Positions 30,777 to 39,747 of a stretch of 64,000 nucleotides of DNA are shown here, piece after piece. Each line of letters begins with the position of its first letter. The stretch's first letter is position 1. The notes under the pieces were generated by a model, which made no database searches, was not told the DNA's origin, and saw only the letters and a list, made by a program, of their open reading frames with translations. Origin of the DNA: an uncultured virus (IMG/VR IMGVR_UViG_3300033069_000905) (Duplodnaviria > Heunggongvirae > Uroviricota > Caudoviricetes). Both the position numbers and the translations under genes were made by a program. The DNA lies in IMG/VR virus record IMGVR_UViG_3300033069_000905, positions 62,001 through 126,000 of that record. The stretch is one strand, 5' to 3'.

Positions 30777-31462
30777 CAGACGCTCCTAATCGGCCTGAAG
30801 CACAGCCCTACATCACGCATGTAGGGTTCTAATAATTTCAAAGCGGTCTTCTTACCTTCCTCAAACGCGGGTGTTTGTTGATCCACTTTGTTGTAGGTCT
30901 GCTGCTGATTAACAAGAAACGGAACATACGATGTGAACGCTTCCTTTAGCCAGTCGGGCAACTCCGAACTAGAGATAAAACCAGAGTCGTAGGCTACCTT
31001 GTAGTATCCATTAGGGTTAACCGTACTTAGGTTGCCCCATTGATCCACACGGGGGGTAATGGACGTGCCTGTGTAATCCCTAGCACCATCCTTGTTGATA
31101 TACACTACCCCACGTATGAAGTCGGTGTAAAACTCACCCTTGGATTCATCCAGTACATACGTCCCCACACCCGCCAGCAAGTCTTTGTAGGATGATGCCC
31201 CTGTAATCACCAAAGGCATAGCTTCCCTGATAAGCGCTCGTTTAAGCCGTAGCCTGTAGAATCCATTGGGCGCGTAGGGATTCAAGTCGGTGTCCAGATT
31301 GAAGTAGTCTGTACCTGACCGCTTCAGAAATTTGGTATCCAGCACTTCCTCAAAATACGTTTGCGCAGAGGATAGAACCGATTCGAGGGCAGAAATAACA
31401 TCGGGGTGATCCATCAAGCTTAAACGCTTGCGGATTGCCTCAACATCTAATAAAAGTTTCAT
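30776..31462 (-). CDS. Head-tail connector/adaptor
   Basis: KVAYDSGF...LPDWLKEA...LLEPY motif. Confidence 0.7.
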   Translation of the reverse strand: MKLLLDVEAIRKRLSLMDHPDVISALESVLSSAQTYFEEVLDTKFLKRSGTDYFNLDTDLNPYAPNGFYRLRLKRALIREAMPLVITGASSYKDLLAGVGTYVLDESKGEFYTDFIRGVVYINKDGARDYTGTSITPRVDQWGNLSTVNPNGYYKVAYDSGFISSSELPDWLKEAFTSYVPFLVNQQQTYNKVDQQTPAFEEGKKTALKLLEPYMRDVGLCFRPIRSV

Positions 31463-31483
31463 ACTGCCCCCGAACGATCAAAC

Positions 31484-31822
31484 TTAAATAGCGACTTTGG
31501 CGGGACGACCTACGCGACGGGTGGGTTCAGTTGCCGTATCCGTTTCACCTTGCTCTGCTGTGCTAGCGCTTGGCGTGGGATCATTGATGCTCTTGGCTAC
31601 GGCTTCAATCGTGGGGACAGGACTCTCAGGAACCGACTCAGCGACTTCAACAGGAATATCCCCCGCCACTTTGGCGAAGTACGGTACTTCGTAATCATCT
31701 TTTGCTGCAATAAGCGTAGCTTCTTCAGCAGCGTCGGGAGAGTAAGCTGGCCCTTTGTGATAGATTTTGCCGCTAGCAGAAATAAAGGTTGATGCCCCAA
31801 CGAGGGTGAGTGCGTATGCCAT
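31484..31822 (-). CDS. Hypothetical protein
   Basis: 112 aa, AGGAG SD, ends RRVGRPAK. Confidence 0.6.
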   Translation of the reverse strand: MAYALTLVGASTFISASGKIYHKGPAYSPDAAEEATLIAAKDDYEVPYFAKVAGDIPVEVAESVPESPVPTIEAVAKSINDPTPSASTAEQGETDTATEPTRRVGRPAKVAI

Positions 31823-31914
31823 GTGTAGCTCCTATAAGTACGAACAAGTGTTCGGCTAGGTATAGTAGCGCAACAGGTAAGCTAAAGCAATTTTGCGTTA
31901 GGGGGTTGGTGAAA

Positions 31915-32694
31915 TTACTTGCAACGCTTAGGCTTACGTTTTTTATTAGAAAACACCACTTCAGGGGATTCACCGTCTAAGATTTTAACTCTAACCGCTG
32001 TTAATGTTTGATTCGTTCTACGCGCAATTTCTGAAAGATTCAACATCTCAACACCGGATTCTGTGGGGAAAGGATAAAACTTAGGGACATCGGGGTTACG
32101 ATGTGTCGGAGTGGTAACTATTTTCTCATCTGACCAACCCAAAGATTTACGGTGCCATAGCGTCTTCACAGGAATGTTTATTTCTTCTGCCCATTCAATC
32201 ATGCATTGTGTTTTACCGTCGTAAGTAACTAAGACGTTGCTCTTACGATTACGCGCACGCTCCTTAGCGTTAGTATGGACTTTATCGCCCAAGGCTTTTT
32301 CTAGGGGCATTCCTGAGTGGTGTCGCCCAATTAGTGTCGACACGCCCATACCTTTTTCCCTAGCCCACTCAGCAACGTTCTTTGTTTCACCGTTATGCGT
32401 GAGCGCAATGCTGGTGCGCCTATTTTGGGCTTGCTGTTTCTTTGTCGCCCACTGACAGTTAGCCGGTTCGTAATTTCCGTTAACGTCAAGGCGCTCTAGG
32501 GAAGTTCCCACAGGCTTTATCCCCATATCTACAACGAAGTTATCCGCAGATTCTAGCCATCGCTCGCACACAATGATTCCACGACCACCGTAGCTAAGGT
32601 AATTTGCGCTGCTAGGAACCGTGCATCTGTCTCGCATGCTTCGCCAACTTCCAAAAGTGTAAACAATTTGCATAAAATCACCCGTGACTAGCAT
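31915..32694 (-). mobile_element. Free-standing HNH homing endonuclease
   Basis: SWRSMRDRC...YGGRGIIVCERW...SLERLDVNGNYEPANCQWAT, plus repeated DNA-binding modules (GxT...EWA). Confidence 0.88.
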
Positions 32695-32719
32695 AGATCA
32701 TCCTCTTTAAAAAAAACCT

Positions 32720-32748
32720 AGTCTAGTGTGCTACTGCCGTGTAGTCAA
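32720..32748 (-). promoter_or_regulatory. sigma70-type promoter for the HNH gene
   Basis: TTGACT-N17-TAGACT on the minus strand, then AGAGGA SD. Confidence 0.55.
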
Positions 32749-32772
32749 TAGTTATTTTCATAATGCACGGAC

Positions 32773-32806
32773 GAAAAAAAAAGCCAGAGAACTAACCCCG
32801 GCTTTC
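32773..32806 (-). terminator. Terminator after the major capsid gene
   Basis: AAAGCC...GGCTTT stem followed by a long U tract on the minus strand. Confidence 0.55.
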
Positions 32807-32835
32807 TTATAAGTACTTGTGCTACTTAGGTTTTA

Positions 32836-33783
32836 TTACGAACCTATGTTCCTAACTATTGCAGCCGCATTTGTTTCTTCGATTTGAGCGTCTACTCTGG
32901 CGGTCAAAACGATGATAAAAACTCTGGCCCGAATATCTTTCGTATATTCGATGTTGATCTTACGCTGCACGCCGAAGATCAGGTTCAGCGGGTTGGTAAG
33001 AATAACACGGTTTTCAGGCATCAGCGGCACGGCTTGAACTGGCGAACCGTACATCATCAGCGGGTTGAAGCCTTGCAGAGTCGTGTCACCGAAAGGTGTG
33101 TTACGGCTTGCATAGGTGTCACGCAGTTCTGTTTCGTTGTTAACCGAAGCGAAGAAGTTCAGAGCGCCACGGTCACGCAGATACTTCGGCGGGAGCGACT
33201 TGAGAGCGTTCTTGAGCAGCGTCTTGCTGATTGTGGCACCGGCAGCATCGACAACGTGAGAATTGATGCGCTTGATATAGCCGTCAAGCAGACCAAGGTA
33301 GGCATCGGAGCCAGCCAGCGTCGTATCGCCAAGAAGGATGAGTTCTTCAAGGTCAAGAGCAGCGCGTTCTGCGATCAGTTGAACGATGGTGTCATGCAAA
33401 CCACCAGCCGGGGATTGAAGCGGAACAGCGATGTTGCCGCCTTCGATGTTGTCTTCAAGAACGTCATACGGAAGGTGGATTTCCGCAATAACTTCTTTGG
33501 TGTTCAACGTAATCTGGGAAAGATCAGGCTTAACACGGTCACCATCGGCCAGCGCTGTAGCGGAAACAGCAGCACGCATGATGCGGGAGCCGAAACCGAT
33601 CTTGTTGATCTTGCGCTGTGGGGAGTTCATGGTCACAACACGGCACACATTGAGAATGGTCGGTTGTTCGATCAGAACACGAATAAACTTGTCTGCTTGC
33701 TCAGGGAGAAGCATACCACCGTTGGAAGCCAGATCAGACAGGGCTAAATCGGCTTTGGCGATAAGGTCACGATTGCTAGGCAT
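32836..33783 (-). CDS. Major capsid protein (HK97 fold, PBSX XkdG-like)
   Basis: GGMLLPEQADKFI...KINKIGFGSRIM...LPYDVLEDNIE...DLEELILLGD. Confidence 0.92.
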   Translation of the reverse strand: MPSNRDLIAKADLALSDLASNGGMLLPEQADKFIRVLIEQPTILNVCRVVTMNSPQRKINKIGFGSRIMRAAVSATALADGDRVKPDLSQITLNTKEVIAEIHLPYDVLEDNIEGGNIAVPLQSPAGGLHDTIVQLIAERAALDLEELILLGDTTLAGSDAYLGLLDGYIKRINSHVVDAAGATISKTLLKNALKSLPPKYLRDRGALNFFASVNNETELRDTYASRNTPFGDTTLQGFNPLMMYGSPVQAVPLMPENRVILTNPLNLIFGVQRKINIEYTKDIRARVFIIVLTARVDAQIEETNAAAIVRNIGS

Positions 33784-33808
33784 AAAAAACTCCTAATGAT
33801 TAAAAAAA

Positions 33809-35107
33809 TTACCGATTTGCCGGACGCTGACGCGCTGACAGGGCTGTTTTCCGCACAGTGCTTTGGAAAGCAGTATCAATGCAGCCACCGTAGCCTTCGG
33901 ACGAACCATCCGACTTCTGCGTGGTATGCACTGCATCGTCACCAACATCGGATGTGATCATACGACCACGAACGGCGCTGTCAGCAGACTTTGCAACTTT
34001 TTCAGCCGCCACAACACGATCCGAAAGAACGTCTTGTGACTGCTTGAGAACTTCAACAGACTGAGCCACCGCAGAGATTTTTTCTGCGATTTCTTCGGAC
34101 TGCTTGGTGATGTTTTGCTGCATGGTTTCTTGCAAGGAAGCAAGCATGGTTTCCATCTTGGAAACCAACGTAGCCATCGGGTCAGCATCGGCAGCAACTT
34201 GGTCGGCTGTCTTGTCGTCCGTGGATTTGTCTTCCTTGGTAACCTTGGCAGGAATTGGGTCGGTTTTACCCTTGTCGATTTCACCGTTGAATGGCGACGG
34301 GGCAGGCGTGCCTTTAGCTTCAACGCCGTCCTTACCGCCCGTGTCAATACCTGTGGTGGTTTTGTTCTTGTCCGGGCTTTGCACTTCACCTGTGGTAGAA
34401 CCAGAAATGATCTTGTGGTCGGCAATGTTGGCTTCAAGTTCCTTGGCAAGTTCGGTCAAACGGGCAGGAACCCATGAGAACAGCTTGGTCAGGTAGCCGT
34501 TGTGATCTTTGGTAACCAGTTCCATCTTGGCAACCTTGTCTTGCGGGGTATCCTGCGAAGCGGAGATTTCGCTAATGGCGAGAGCCAGACCTTCTGTGGC
34601 GATGTCAGGCGAAGGGATGAAAGAATCTTCCTTCAGCAAGGATTCGTAGATCGTGCCGCCAACGAGGTCGTCGGTGTCCAGCTTGTCCACCAGAACGAGA
34701 AGCGAGTCACACATCTTGAGGACGGTGAATTCTTCTGGCATCGTGTCTTCTTGTTTGAAAACCACCGAACCATCGGCTTCTTCAAACTGCTTGGACACCA
34801 TGAAGCCTGCGTTCTTGAGTCCGTCTTTGACAGCCTCGAAGTTCTCATCTTTCATGGTCACGAAACCAACGATAGTTGGTGCACTCACTTCAGCGGCTTT
34901 ATCTTGCTTGAGAAGCTTGCTGATGTTGAGATTTGCGAGGTCAATCATATTCGACTCCTGTTTATCATGTTTAACAATGCGGAAAGGAATACGATTGGCA
35001 CCGCGATTGACAAGCGAGATATAGTTGACTGTTGGGTCACCTAACTTCGTCACGTTCATCTTTATCTGTGGCACCGCACTCACTCCGATATTCGACAATA
35101 GCTGCAT
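33809..35107 (-). CDS. Capsid scaffold/maturation protein
   Basis: N-terminal VNYISLVNRGAN; acidic coiled-coil C-terminus; directly upstream of the capsid gene. Confidence 0.7.
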   Translation of the reverse strand: MQLLSNIGVSAVPQIKMNVTKLGDPTVNYISLVNRGANRIPFRIVKHDKQESNMIDLANLNISKLLKQDKAAEVSAPTIVGFVTMKDENFEAVKDGLKNAGFMVSKQFEEADGSVVFKQEDTMPEEFTVLKMCDSLLVLVDKLDTDDLVGGTIYESLLKEDSFIPSPDIATEGLALAISEISASQDTPQDKVAKMELVTKDHNGYLTKLFSWVPARLTELAKELEANIADHKIISGSTTGEVQSPDKNKTTTGIDTGGKDGVEAKGTPAPSPFNGEIDKGKTDPIPAKVTKEDKSTDDKTADQVAADADPMATLVSKMETMLASLQETMQQNITKQSEEIAEKISAVAQSVEVLKQSQDVLSDRVVAAEKVAKSADSAVRGRMITSDVGDDAVHTTQKSDGSSEGYGGCIDTAFQSTVRKTALSARQRPANR

Positions 35108-35177
35108 ACTAGCAACAAATTTACTACCTAATAAAAATTGAAACTATTTTGAAATCAGGTAGCAGTAAGAAAAAAGC

Positions 35178-35672
35178 TTACTTCTTTCCCTTCTTATCCC
35201 CCGATGCATCCGGGTTTGCTACGTAGGGCGTTCCCTTGGTGCCCTTTTTGTCATCTGACGTGATAACCAGATGTTTCCCTATGGTAGCCACATGCACCTT
35301 AGCGCCTGTTTGTGGATGCTCATAAGTTTTTCCTGTGTAACCGTCAGCTTTCTTGCCCTTAAACCCCGAACTTACCAAATGGGAATCGGCTTGCTCTTTG
35401 ACGTGTTCCTGATTCCACTCAGGATGAACCGTCATTGAAGCATGACGAACCCCCGTGGTTGAAGCATCGTGGTTGATTGAACACGGGTGTTGAAGGTGGT
35501 TGGATAAAGACCGAACCGCTTCTTGTGCCGTATAAATCTGTGGGCTAGGTTGGTTGATGGGAGCGAAGGTCGCTTGCGTTGTTCCGCCTTGTGGCGTAGC
35601 CGCGTTGTTAGCCTTATCCACACCCTTGAGCGCCAGAAAGAATTCTTTTTTTACTTCATCAAATGTATTCAT
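35178..35672 (-). CDS. Putative internal head protein
   Basis: Basic/His-rich; MNTFDEVKK...FLALK; member of the tagged cluster. Confidence 0.55.
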   Translation of the reverse strand: MNTFDEVKKEFFLALKGVDKANNAATPQGGTTQATFAPINQPSPQIYTAQEAVRSLSNHLQHPCSINHDASTTGVRHASMTVHPEWNQEHVKEQADSHLVSSGFKGKKADGYTGKTYEHPQTGAKVHVATIGKHLVITSDDKKGTKGTPYVANPDASGDKKGKK

Positions 35673-36265
35673 TAGAATAGCCTCGTGGAAAGTCCGGTGT
35701 GATGTTGAAAGTGCGCTTCCAGTTGATCCGCGTGCATCCCATGAGCGACATGCTTTTCTTTGATGCTCTTTCCATGAACCCCAATCATGTGCACGTCGTA
35801 GGTGTCATCGGGCTTCAGGACGGTTTTGACATGCGTGATCCCCTTGGCACGGGGAATCTTGAAGGAAAGGTAGGGATGTCCTTCGGGAGTCTTGCTGGCA
35901 GTGAAATTACTTGCACCAGTCATCACCTTAAATCGGTTGCCCCCGTACTGCTTCATTATTGTGTTGGCAACCGCCACATGATCAACACCACCACCATTCG
36001 CAGCATATTCCGGGGGGACTCTCCGCTGATTTCCGTAGGATGTGGGGGGCTTGACTTTCTTCTCATCATCGGGAACCTCGTCATACGCTTCAGGAACTTT
36101 CTGATTAAAGTTCTCCGGTTGAAGCTGTGCCGAAGGATGCGTATAGGTGGGAGCTTGAATCTGTGAATGCGATGTTCTTTGTCCGGCACGTGCGGCACGT
36201 ACTTTAGCCGAAGCTTCTCGGGCTTCTCTTGTCCACATCTTGCGGGTTAACATTCGTTCAAACAT
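35672..36265 (-). CDS. Putative internal head protein
   Basis: Starts MFERMLTRK-MWTREAREAS. Confidence 0.6.
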   Translation of the reverse strand: MFERMLTRKMWTREAREASAKVRAARAGQRTSHSQIQAPTYTHPSAQLQPENFNQKVPEAYDEVPDDEKKVKPPTSYGNQRRVPPEYAANGGGVDHVAVANTIMKQYGGNRFKVMTGASNFTASKTPEGHPYLSFKIPRAKGITHVKTVLKPDDTYDVHMIGVHGKSIKEKHVAHGMHADQLEAHFQHHTGLSTRLF

Positions 36266-36279
36266 GGTAGTACCTTCAG

Positions 36280-36660
36280 TTAGTCCGATGTTCTATACTT
36301 TTCTGGTAACTGCTGTGGCGCGTCATCATCATAAAGAATCTTCGATGCGTGGTCGGCTTTAGCTGAAGCACGTATGGCCGCTTTGGTATTTATATCTGAA
36401 GGATGGTTTATAGCTCGCTTGTGCAACTTATATGCCGTATCGTGAAGCGGATAAGCATTTGCAGCGCGAGCGCCTATTTCTGTGCCGAAGCTGTGACCCT
36501 TTATTTTAAACAGTCTACTAGACTCTTCCATGTGCCTTATAGACTCGGCATAATGATCAATACTAGGCGTAGGCTTTGCATGCTTAACTCCATGCTTCAT
36601 CCCTTTAACACCATGCTTTTGGACAAGGTAGGGGTCGGACTTTAGTATTTCTGCAAACAT
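36280..36660 (-). CDS. Putative internal head protein
   Basis: Starts MFAEILK-SDPY..HGVKGMKHGV. Confidence 0.6.
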   Translation of the reverse strand: MFAEILKSDPYLVQKHGVKGMKHGVKHAKPTPSIDHYAESIRHMEESSRLFKIKGHSFGTEIGARAANAYPLHDTAYKLHKRAINHPSDINTKAAIRASAKADHASKILYDDDAPQQLPEKYRTSD

Positions 36661-36669
36661 TGGTAACTC

Positions 36670-37020
36670 CTAAGTGTACCGACTAACAGCATCCACATGC
36701 CCTGTCTTATGGTTCAGGACAATATGAACCTTGTGCCCCGCTACAGGATTTGATGGAAGTTTATCGGATTTGGGATCACCTGTTAACGGAAGGTACAGCG
36801 TGTCCCCGTTGTCAGCTACGTCGGGAAGATACCCTTGCGTGAGCATGTGAGCATTCAACTTAACCGCTCTATCTGAATCGTTTTTCAATTCATTAGATTT
36901 GGCTAGCAAACCCTGAGCGACCTCATGGTTCTTTGCAATCGCCACTTTCTGCGCTTGGGGGTTCTTGCGCATGGCATCGAACGCCGCCCAATCCTTCTGC
37001 ACCATAATTTTTGCAAACAT
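36670..37020 (-). CDS. Putative internal head protein
   Basis: Starts MFAKIMVQK-DWAAFD. Confidence 0.6.
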   Translation of the reverse strand: MFAKIMVQKDWAAFDAMRKNPQAQKVAIAKNHEVAQGLLAKSNELKNDSDRAVKLNAHMLTQGYLPDVADNGDTLYLPLTGDPKSDKLPSNPVAGHKVHIVLNHKTGHVDAVSRYT

Positions 37021-37029
37021 AGTTATCTT

Positions 37030-37500
37030 TCAGAAGGATGAGTTGCTGAAACCAGACCGACGAACCGCTTGGCTTGCTCCTGTGGAGAAGCCCTTGTCGT
37101 TTGCCGACTTGTCACGGAATTCATTAGAACGGCGAGCATGAGTCGAGGCTTCGCTCATGTGTTCTTTGTACTGATTGCTTTCCTTGGCATAACCTTGTGC
37201 CGCGCTCTCGTGCGCTTGCTGTGCTTGTCTGTGCAGCTTCATCATGGCAGCATTATCTGAACGAGCAGTGTTGGCCGCATCGGAAGCCGACCACGCAGCT
37301 TTTGACGCGCTATCCCGATGCTGCTGATTCCACACTGTCCAATCTTTCTTCACCATCATTTTTGCAAACATATGAGGCTTTCGTTTCTTGGGGTTTATTT
37401 GGGATTGCTCAGGTTGCTTACGCCCAACGAACGGGGGATCAGACTCACCCCAACTGGCTTGAGTCCAATCTTCTTTGGCTAGGCGTTCTAATAAAACCAT
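37030..37500 (-). CDS. Putative internal head protein
   Basis: LERLAK-EDW and internal MFAKMMVKK-DWTVWN; His/Ala-rich helical repeats. Confidence 0.6.
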   Translation of the reverse strand: MVLLERLAKEDWTQASWGESDPPFVGRKQPEQSQINPKKRKPHMFAKMMVKKDWTVWNQQHRDSASKAAWSASDAANTARSDNAAMMKLHRQAQQAHESAAQGYAKESNQYKEHMSEASTHARRSNEFRDKSANDKGFSTGASQAVRRSGFSNSSF

Positions 37501-37502
37501 GA

Positions 37503-38636
37503 TCAGCCACTGCTGCCCATTCGAGCTAGGCTATCCATAAAGTGAGCAAACCGTCCTTGCTTCTTAGGGGCTTGTGGCTTCGAATGAACCAACTCTTTCT
37601 CTCCGGGATAACTGTGGCGATTCTTATTGGCTTCGTCAATATGACTCTCGGCGCGTTCTTTTGTCGCATCAATAGCCACTTGGGGGGCATTGGGGGCGTG
37701 GTGTGCCGAAGGGTTCGGATTCTTGTTGTAGGTCTTGTGGTCAAACTGGTGATTGTCAAGACGTGTACTCTCACCGCCATAGGAGTGTTTGTTGGGTGTA
37801 GCAGCAAACCTGAAAGCCATACCCGGTTTTGGATTGGATGCAGGACGTAAATGCGCTCCCGTGTGTTCACCTGTCGGCGTCATCCCACGCTTGGCATCAT
37901 TCCAAGCTGTCCAATCCTTGTAAATCAACTCAAGGTCTTCTTTCTTCACAAACCCTTTAGGCTGGTAGGCGGGGGTAGATTTAATCGCTGCATAAGTTGC
38001 GTCTTTGCTGTCCCCCGTAGCGCACATCGCCTTCTTGGGGTTTTCTTCCGAAGGCTCAATAAGCGCCTTTTGGTGTGCGGCTAGCGCTGTGCGATGAAGG
38101 TTTGCAGCGTTCTTATGAAGGTCGCCAGCGCTCTGTCCTTTGAATTCAAAAGAACCGCGATCGTGATACTTTAGCGCCGACTCATGCCCTTGCGCTAAGT
38201 GCTTGTGTTTATCGTTCCAGTCTTTCCAATCTTTATGTACAAGGCACGGATTGGAAATCATCACATCATCCTGAATCGCCTTGGCAATCCTTTCCAACGG
38301 TGAAAGTAATTGCAATTCGCGGGATTCTTTTTGAGCATTGAACCGCTCGTTAACGGTGTCTAGGATTGACATGGTTTCTTCTTTCTTTACGCCTTCAGGT
38401 GTGTGTGAATTACTCCAATAACCACCAAGCGTGCTTTTCGGACTACCTATCCCCACGAAATGCGTACCGTCACCGTGTTCCTTGTTCTTGGCTTTTTTCA
38501 TCGAAGTGATGTGCTTTGAAGTTCCTTCAGCAATGATCTTCCCCGACTCACGATGCACTAGCTTGTACAGCTTGGACATGGGGATGCCTTTGTGTCGGCC
38601 AGAACCCACACCGCCTTTTAATATCGTTTCAAACAT
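37503..38636 (-). CDS. Putative internal head polyprotein
   Basis: MFETILK-GGVGSGRH; internal LERIAK, K-DWKDWND, K-DWTAWND. Confidence 0.6.
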   Translation of the reverse strand: MFETILKGGVGSGRHKGIPMSKLYKLVHRESGKIIAEGTSKHITSMKKAKNKEHGDGTHFVGIGSPKSTLGGYWSNSHTPEGVKKEETMSILDTVNERFNAQKESRELQLLSPLERIAKAIQDDVMISNPCLVHKDWKDWNDKHKHLAQGHESALKYHDRGSFEFKGQSAGDLHKNAANLHRTALAAHQKALIEPSEENPKKAMCATGDSKDATYAAIKSTPAYQPKGFVKKEDLELIYKDWTAWNDAKRGMTPTGEHTGAHLRPASNPKPGMAFRFAATPNKHSYGGESTRLDNHQFDHKTYNKNPNPSAHHAPNAPQVAIDATKERAESHIDEANKNRHSYPGEKELVHSKPQAPKKQGRFAHFMDSLARMGSSG

Positions 38637-38645
38637 TGCGATTCC

Positions 38646-39668
38646 TTACGAAAGGTTCTTCAGCTTGTAGGATGCGTCGTTGATTTCGGTCTGAATCTCA
38701 TCCGCCGCGTTCTGCAACTCCGTATCCCGTTGGGGGATGCACTGACGACAAGATGTGAAAAAGGAACTAAGACTGTCAATAAACGAAACAGGGTCGCCAG
38801 ACTCCAAAGGGTGTGCTGCTGGGTAAACAGGAATAACCCCATACTTACCCATCCAGCTTTCTATTAGAGCGTCAGTCAAGTCAGGAAGGACTTTGTACAG
38901 CGCATCCAAAGCCAAGTGCTTGGCAAAGCTGTGGGTTGCCAGATGCAGCTTGTGCGTGATATTTCTGGCTTCCATCAATGTAGATGCGAGCAGGGGGAAA
39001 GAGCAAGGGTCGTTATCAGGATCAGCTTTAAGCACCAGCGTTTCTTCTTTGTTGATGATGTCGGAAGGCACGTTGAAACCCTCTACGAACGAGAAGCGAT
39101 GACTGTGATTGCCGCAGCCCACACCGTCAGAATCCATGGTTACAGTACCCGCCCGAATATCGTGGTAGTGGCCTTTGATGATGTTCGTTCTGCCGCCCAT
39201 GAACTTGCCTGCGTTATCAAACGTGACAAAAAATTCATGTTCGTGGTCTTCAGATTTTGTGGTTCGTCCATTGACTACCGGGGGAATGTCAATATCAAGC
39301 ACGTGGGGGGTCTTGCTGACCAAGGCTTCAATGGACACGCCGTTGATTTCACCCTTTTTGATCTTGTCCCAAATGGCGTCGTTGTTGACGTGTATCGCTA
39401 CAACCCACGAGCCGGGGATGAATGTATCGTCATTCTTTCTGGCAATGAAAGACTCAACAATCGACAGACCCTTGTAGCTGTTGTTGTCATGCTGCACGTC
39501 GATCTTGTCCAGCTTCTTGGTTCGCATGAAGTCATGTGCCATGCGCTCAATGGTCGGCGCATCCATGATGTCGCCGTCGCTGTCTGGGGAGTTGGGAGCA
39601 TAAACTTCGACTTGAACAATCCGTTGCTCGTCGTTTATGGCTTTGAATACTGTGCTTTGATCGGACAT
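38646..39668 (-). CDS. XkdF-like prohead serine protease fused to a ferritin/Dps-like domain
   Basis: EQRIV..EVYAP..PDSDGD...MAHDFM...IDVQHD...VESFIA...GSWV...WDKIKKGEINGVSIE; C-terminal THKLHLATHSFAKHLALDALY...DALIESWMGKYG. Confidence 0.85.
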   Translation of the reverse strand: MSDQSTVFKAINDEQRIVQVEVYAPNSPDSDGDIMDAPTIERMAHDFMRTKKLDKIDVQHDNNSYKGLSIVESFIARKNDDTFIPGSWVVAIHVNNDAIWDKIKKGEINGVSIEALVSKTPHVLDIDIPPVVNGRTTKSEDHEHEFFVTFDNAGKFMGGRTNIIKGHYHDIRAGTVTMDSDGVGCGNHSHRFSFVEGFNVPSDIINKEETLVLKADPDNDPCSFPLLASTLMEARNITHKLHLATHSFAKHLALDALYKVLPDLTDALIESWMGKYGVIPVYPAAHPLESGDPVSFIDSLSSFFTSCRQCIPQRDTELQNAADEIQTEINDASYKLKNLS

Positions 39669-39724
39669 GGGAACCCCGCAAAATAGAATTTTTACAAGGG
39701 TACTACAGAGGCAGCGTACCTAAT

Positions 39725-39744
39725 AAAAAAGCCCCGTAGGGCTT
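39725..39744 (-). terminator. Terminator after the portal gene
   Basis: AAGCCC-TACG-GGGCTTTTTT on the minus strand. Confidence 0.75.
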
Positions 39745-39747
39745 CTT

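Noticed and set aside
32884..33747. 287-aa plus-strand ORF antisense to the major capsid gene
   Set aside because: No motifs or SD; expected shadow of strong codon bias.
33958..34449. 163-aa same-strand alternative-frame ORF in the scaffold gene
   Set aside because: Low-complexity R/P/K/T sequence with no domain, unlike the nested HNHs.
38916..39686. 256-aa antisense ORF over the protease
   Set aside because: Shadow ORF with no recognisable features.
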